From Candidatus Wukongarchaeum yapensis (GTDB taxonomy: Archaea; Asgardarchaeota; Wukongarchaeia; Wukongarchaeales; Wukongarchaeaceae): DNA of 5,331 bases. The position numbers were made by a program, and so were the translations under genes. Position 1 is the stretch's first letter; each line of letters starts with the position of its first letter. The stretch spans positions 1 to 5,331 of the forward strand of contig JAEOSI010000165.1 of the NCBI GenBank assembly GCA_016840425.1, given 5' to 3'. The notes under the pieces are model-generated. The model made no database searches and was not told the DNA's origin. It saw nothing but the letters and a program-made list of their open reading frames with translations. Positions 5,188 through 5,331 of the stretch are shown one piece after another.

Positions 5188-5331
5188 CTGACATACTCTC
5201 CACCCTAAAGGGTTGGAGGTTCTACGGTTGTTGTTTTAACTTTTACAACCGATGGCTGTGCCACCAGCCAGTTATCCCTATCCCGCCAGTAGGGCTTCGG
5301 GAATATCGGGTTAGCTATGTTCGCTACACCG
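5188..5331 (-). mobile_element. Right end of a second IS200/IS605-family element
   Basis: Minus strand GAAC-CTCC-A-ACCC-TTTA-GGGT-GGAG-AGTATGTCAG: bulged subterminal hairpin (5218-5198) and a ..TGTCA(G) terminus at 5189/5188, the usual tnpB right-end pattern. Confidence 0.8.
5205..5331 (-). CDS. tnpB: C-terminal 41 codons of a second TnpB (5' part outside the window)
   Basis: Manual translation from 5330: GVANIANPIFPKPYWRDRDNWLVAQPSVVKVKTTTVEPPTL*, TAG at 5207-5205. GVANI fits the end of the RuvC-III motif D-x-N-[GA]-x-x-N-I; RDRDNWLVAQP resembles archaeal TnpB tails; a typical right end follows immediately. Confidence 0.75.
   Translation of the reverse strand, partial: GVANIANPIFPKPYWRDRDNWLVAQPSVVKVKTTTVEPPTL

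Larger units (their letters stand above)
5168..5331 (-). ncRNA. Putative omega-RNA of TnpB #2; guide predicted from 5187 leftward (TGATACTACGTTACTACGTT)
   Basis: Four consecutive hairpins: CCCTA/TAGGG (5294-5276), TGGCTG/CAGCCA (5270-5253), CGGTTGT/ACAACCG (5251-5225) and the terminal hairpin (5218-5198). Confidence 0.6.

Noticed and set aside
5133-5188. Possible box C/D sRNA on the minus strand (GTGATAC...CTGA...TTGATACTGA), suggested by the nearby nop5-flpA
   Set aside because: There is no RTGATGA C box, and the C'-like motif abuts the D box, leaving no second guide.
5131-5191. Possible CRISPR mini-array next to a TnpB (Cas12f-like system)
   Set aside because: Repeats are 8 bp, directly tandem and spacerless; no 25-40 bp repeats or cas genes occur in the window.

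Overview
AT-rich archaeal housekeeping neighbourhood carrying two different IS200/IS605-type tnpB insertions. Left to right: (1) pyrD, family-1 dihydroorotate dehydrogenase, minus strand, TTG start at 899, running off the left edge and absent from the ORF track; (2) a solo tnpB (no tnpA) with right end ...GGGTAGTTCAC at 950 and a structured omega-RNA region, whose RuvC-II glutamate is replaced by Gly with a candidate alternative Glu (rearranged active site); (3) the nop5-fibrillarin box C/D sRNP operon on the plus strand; (4) a convergent 172-aa V4R-fold protein that resembles eukaryotic TRAPP subunit Bet3/TRAPPC3 along most of its length while keeping the V4R cysteines, which hints at an Asgard-type host; (5) about 380 bp of non-coding DNA ending in a short repeat array; (6) the last 41 codons, omega-RNA hairpins and right end of a second, different tnpB, also absent from the ORF track. 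All five visible gene starts are best explained as TTG codons with an SD-like motif 7-9 nt upstream. No database searches were run; family calls come from motif recognition and remembered sequences.
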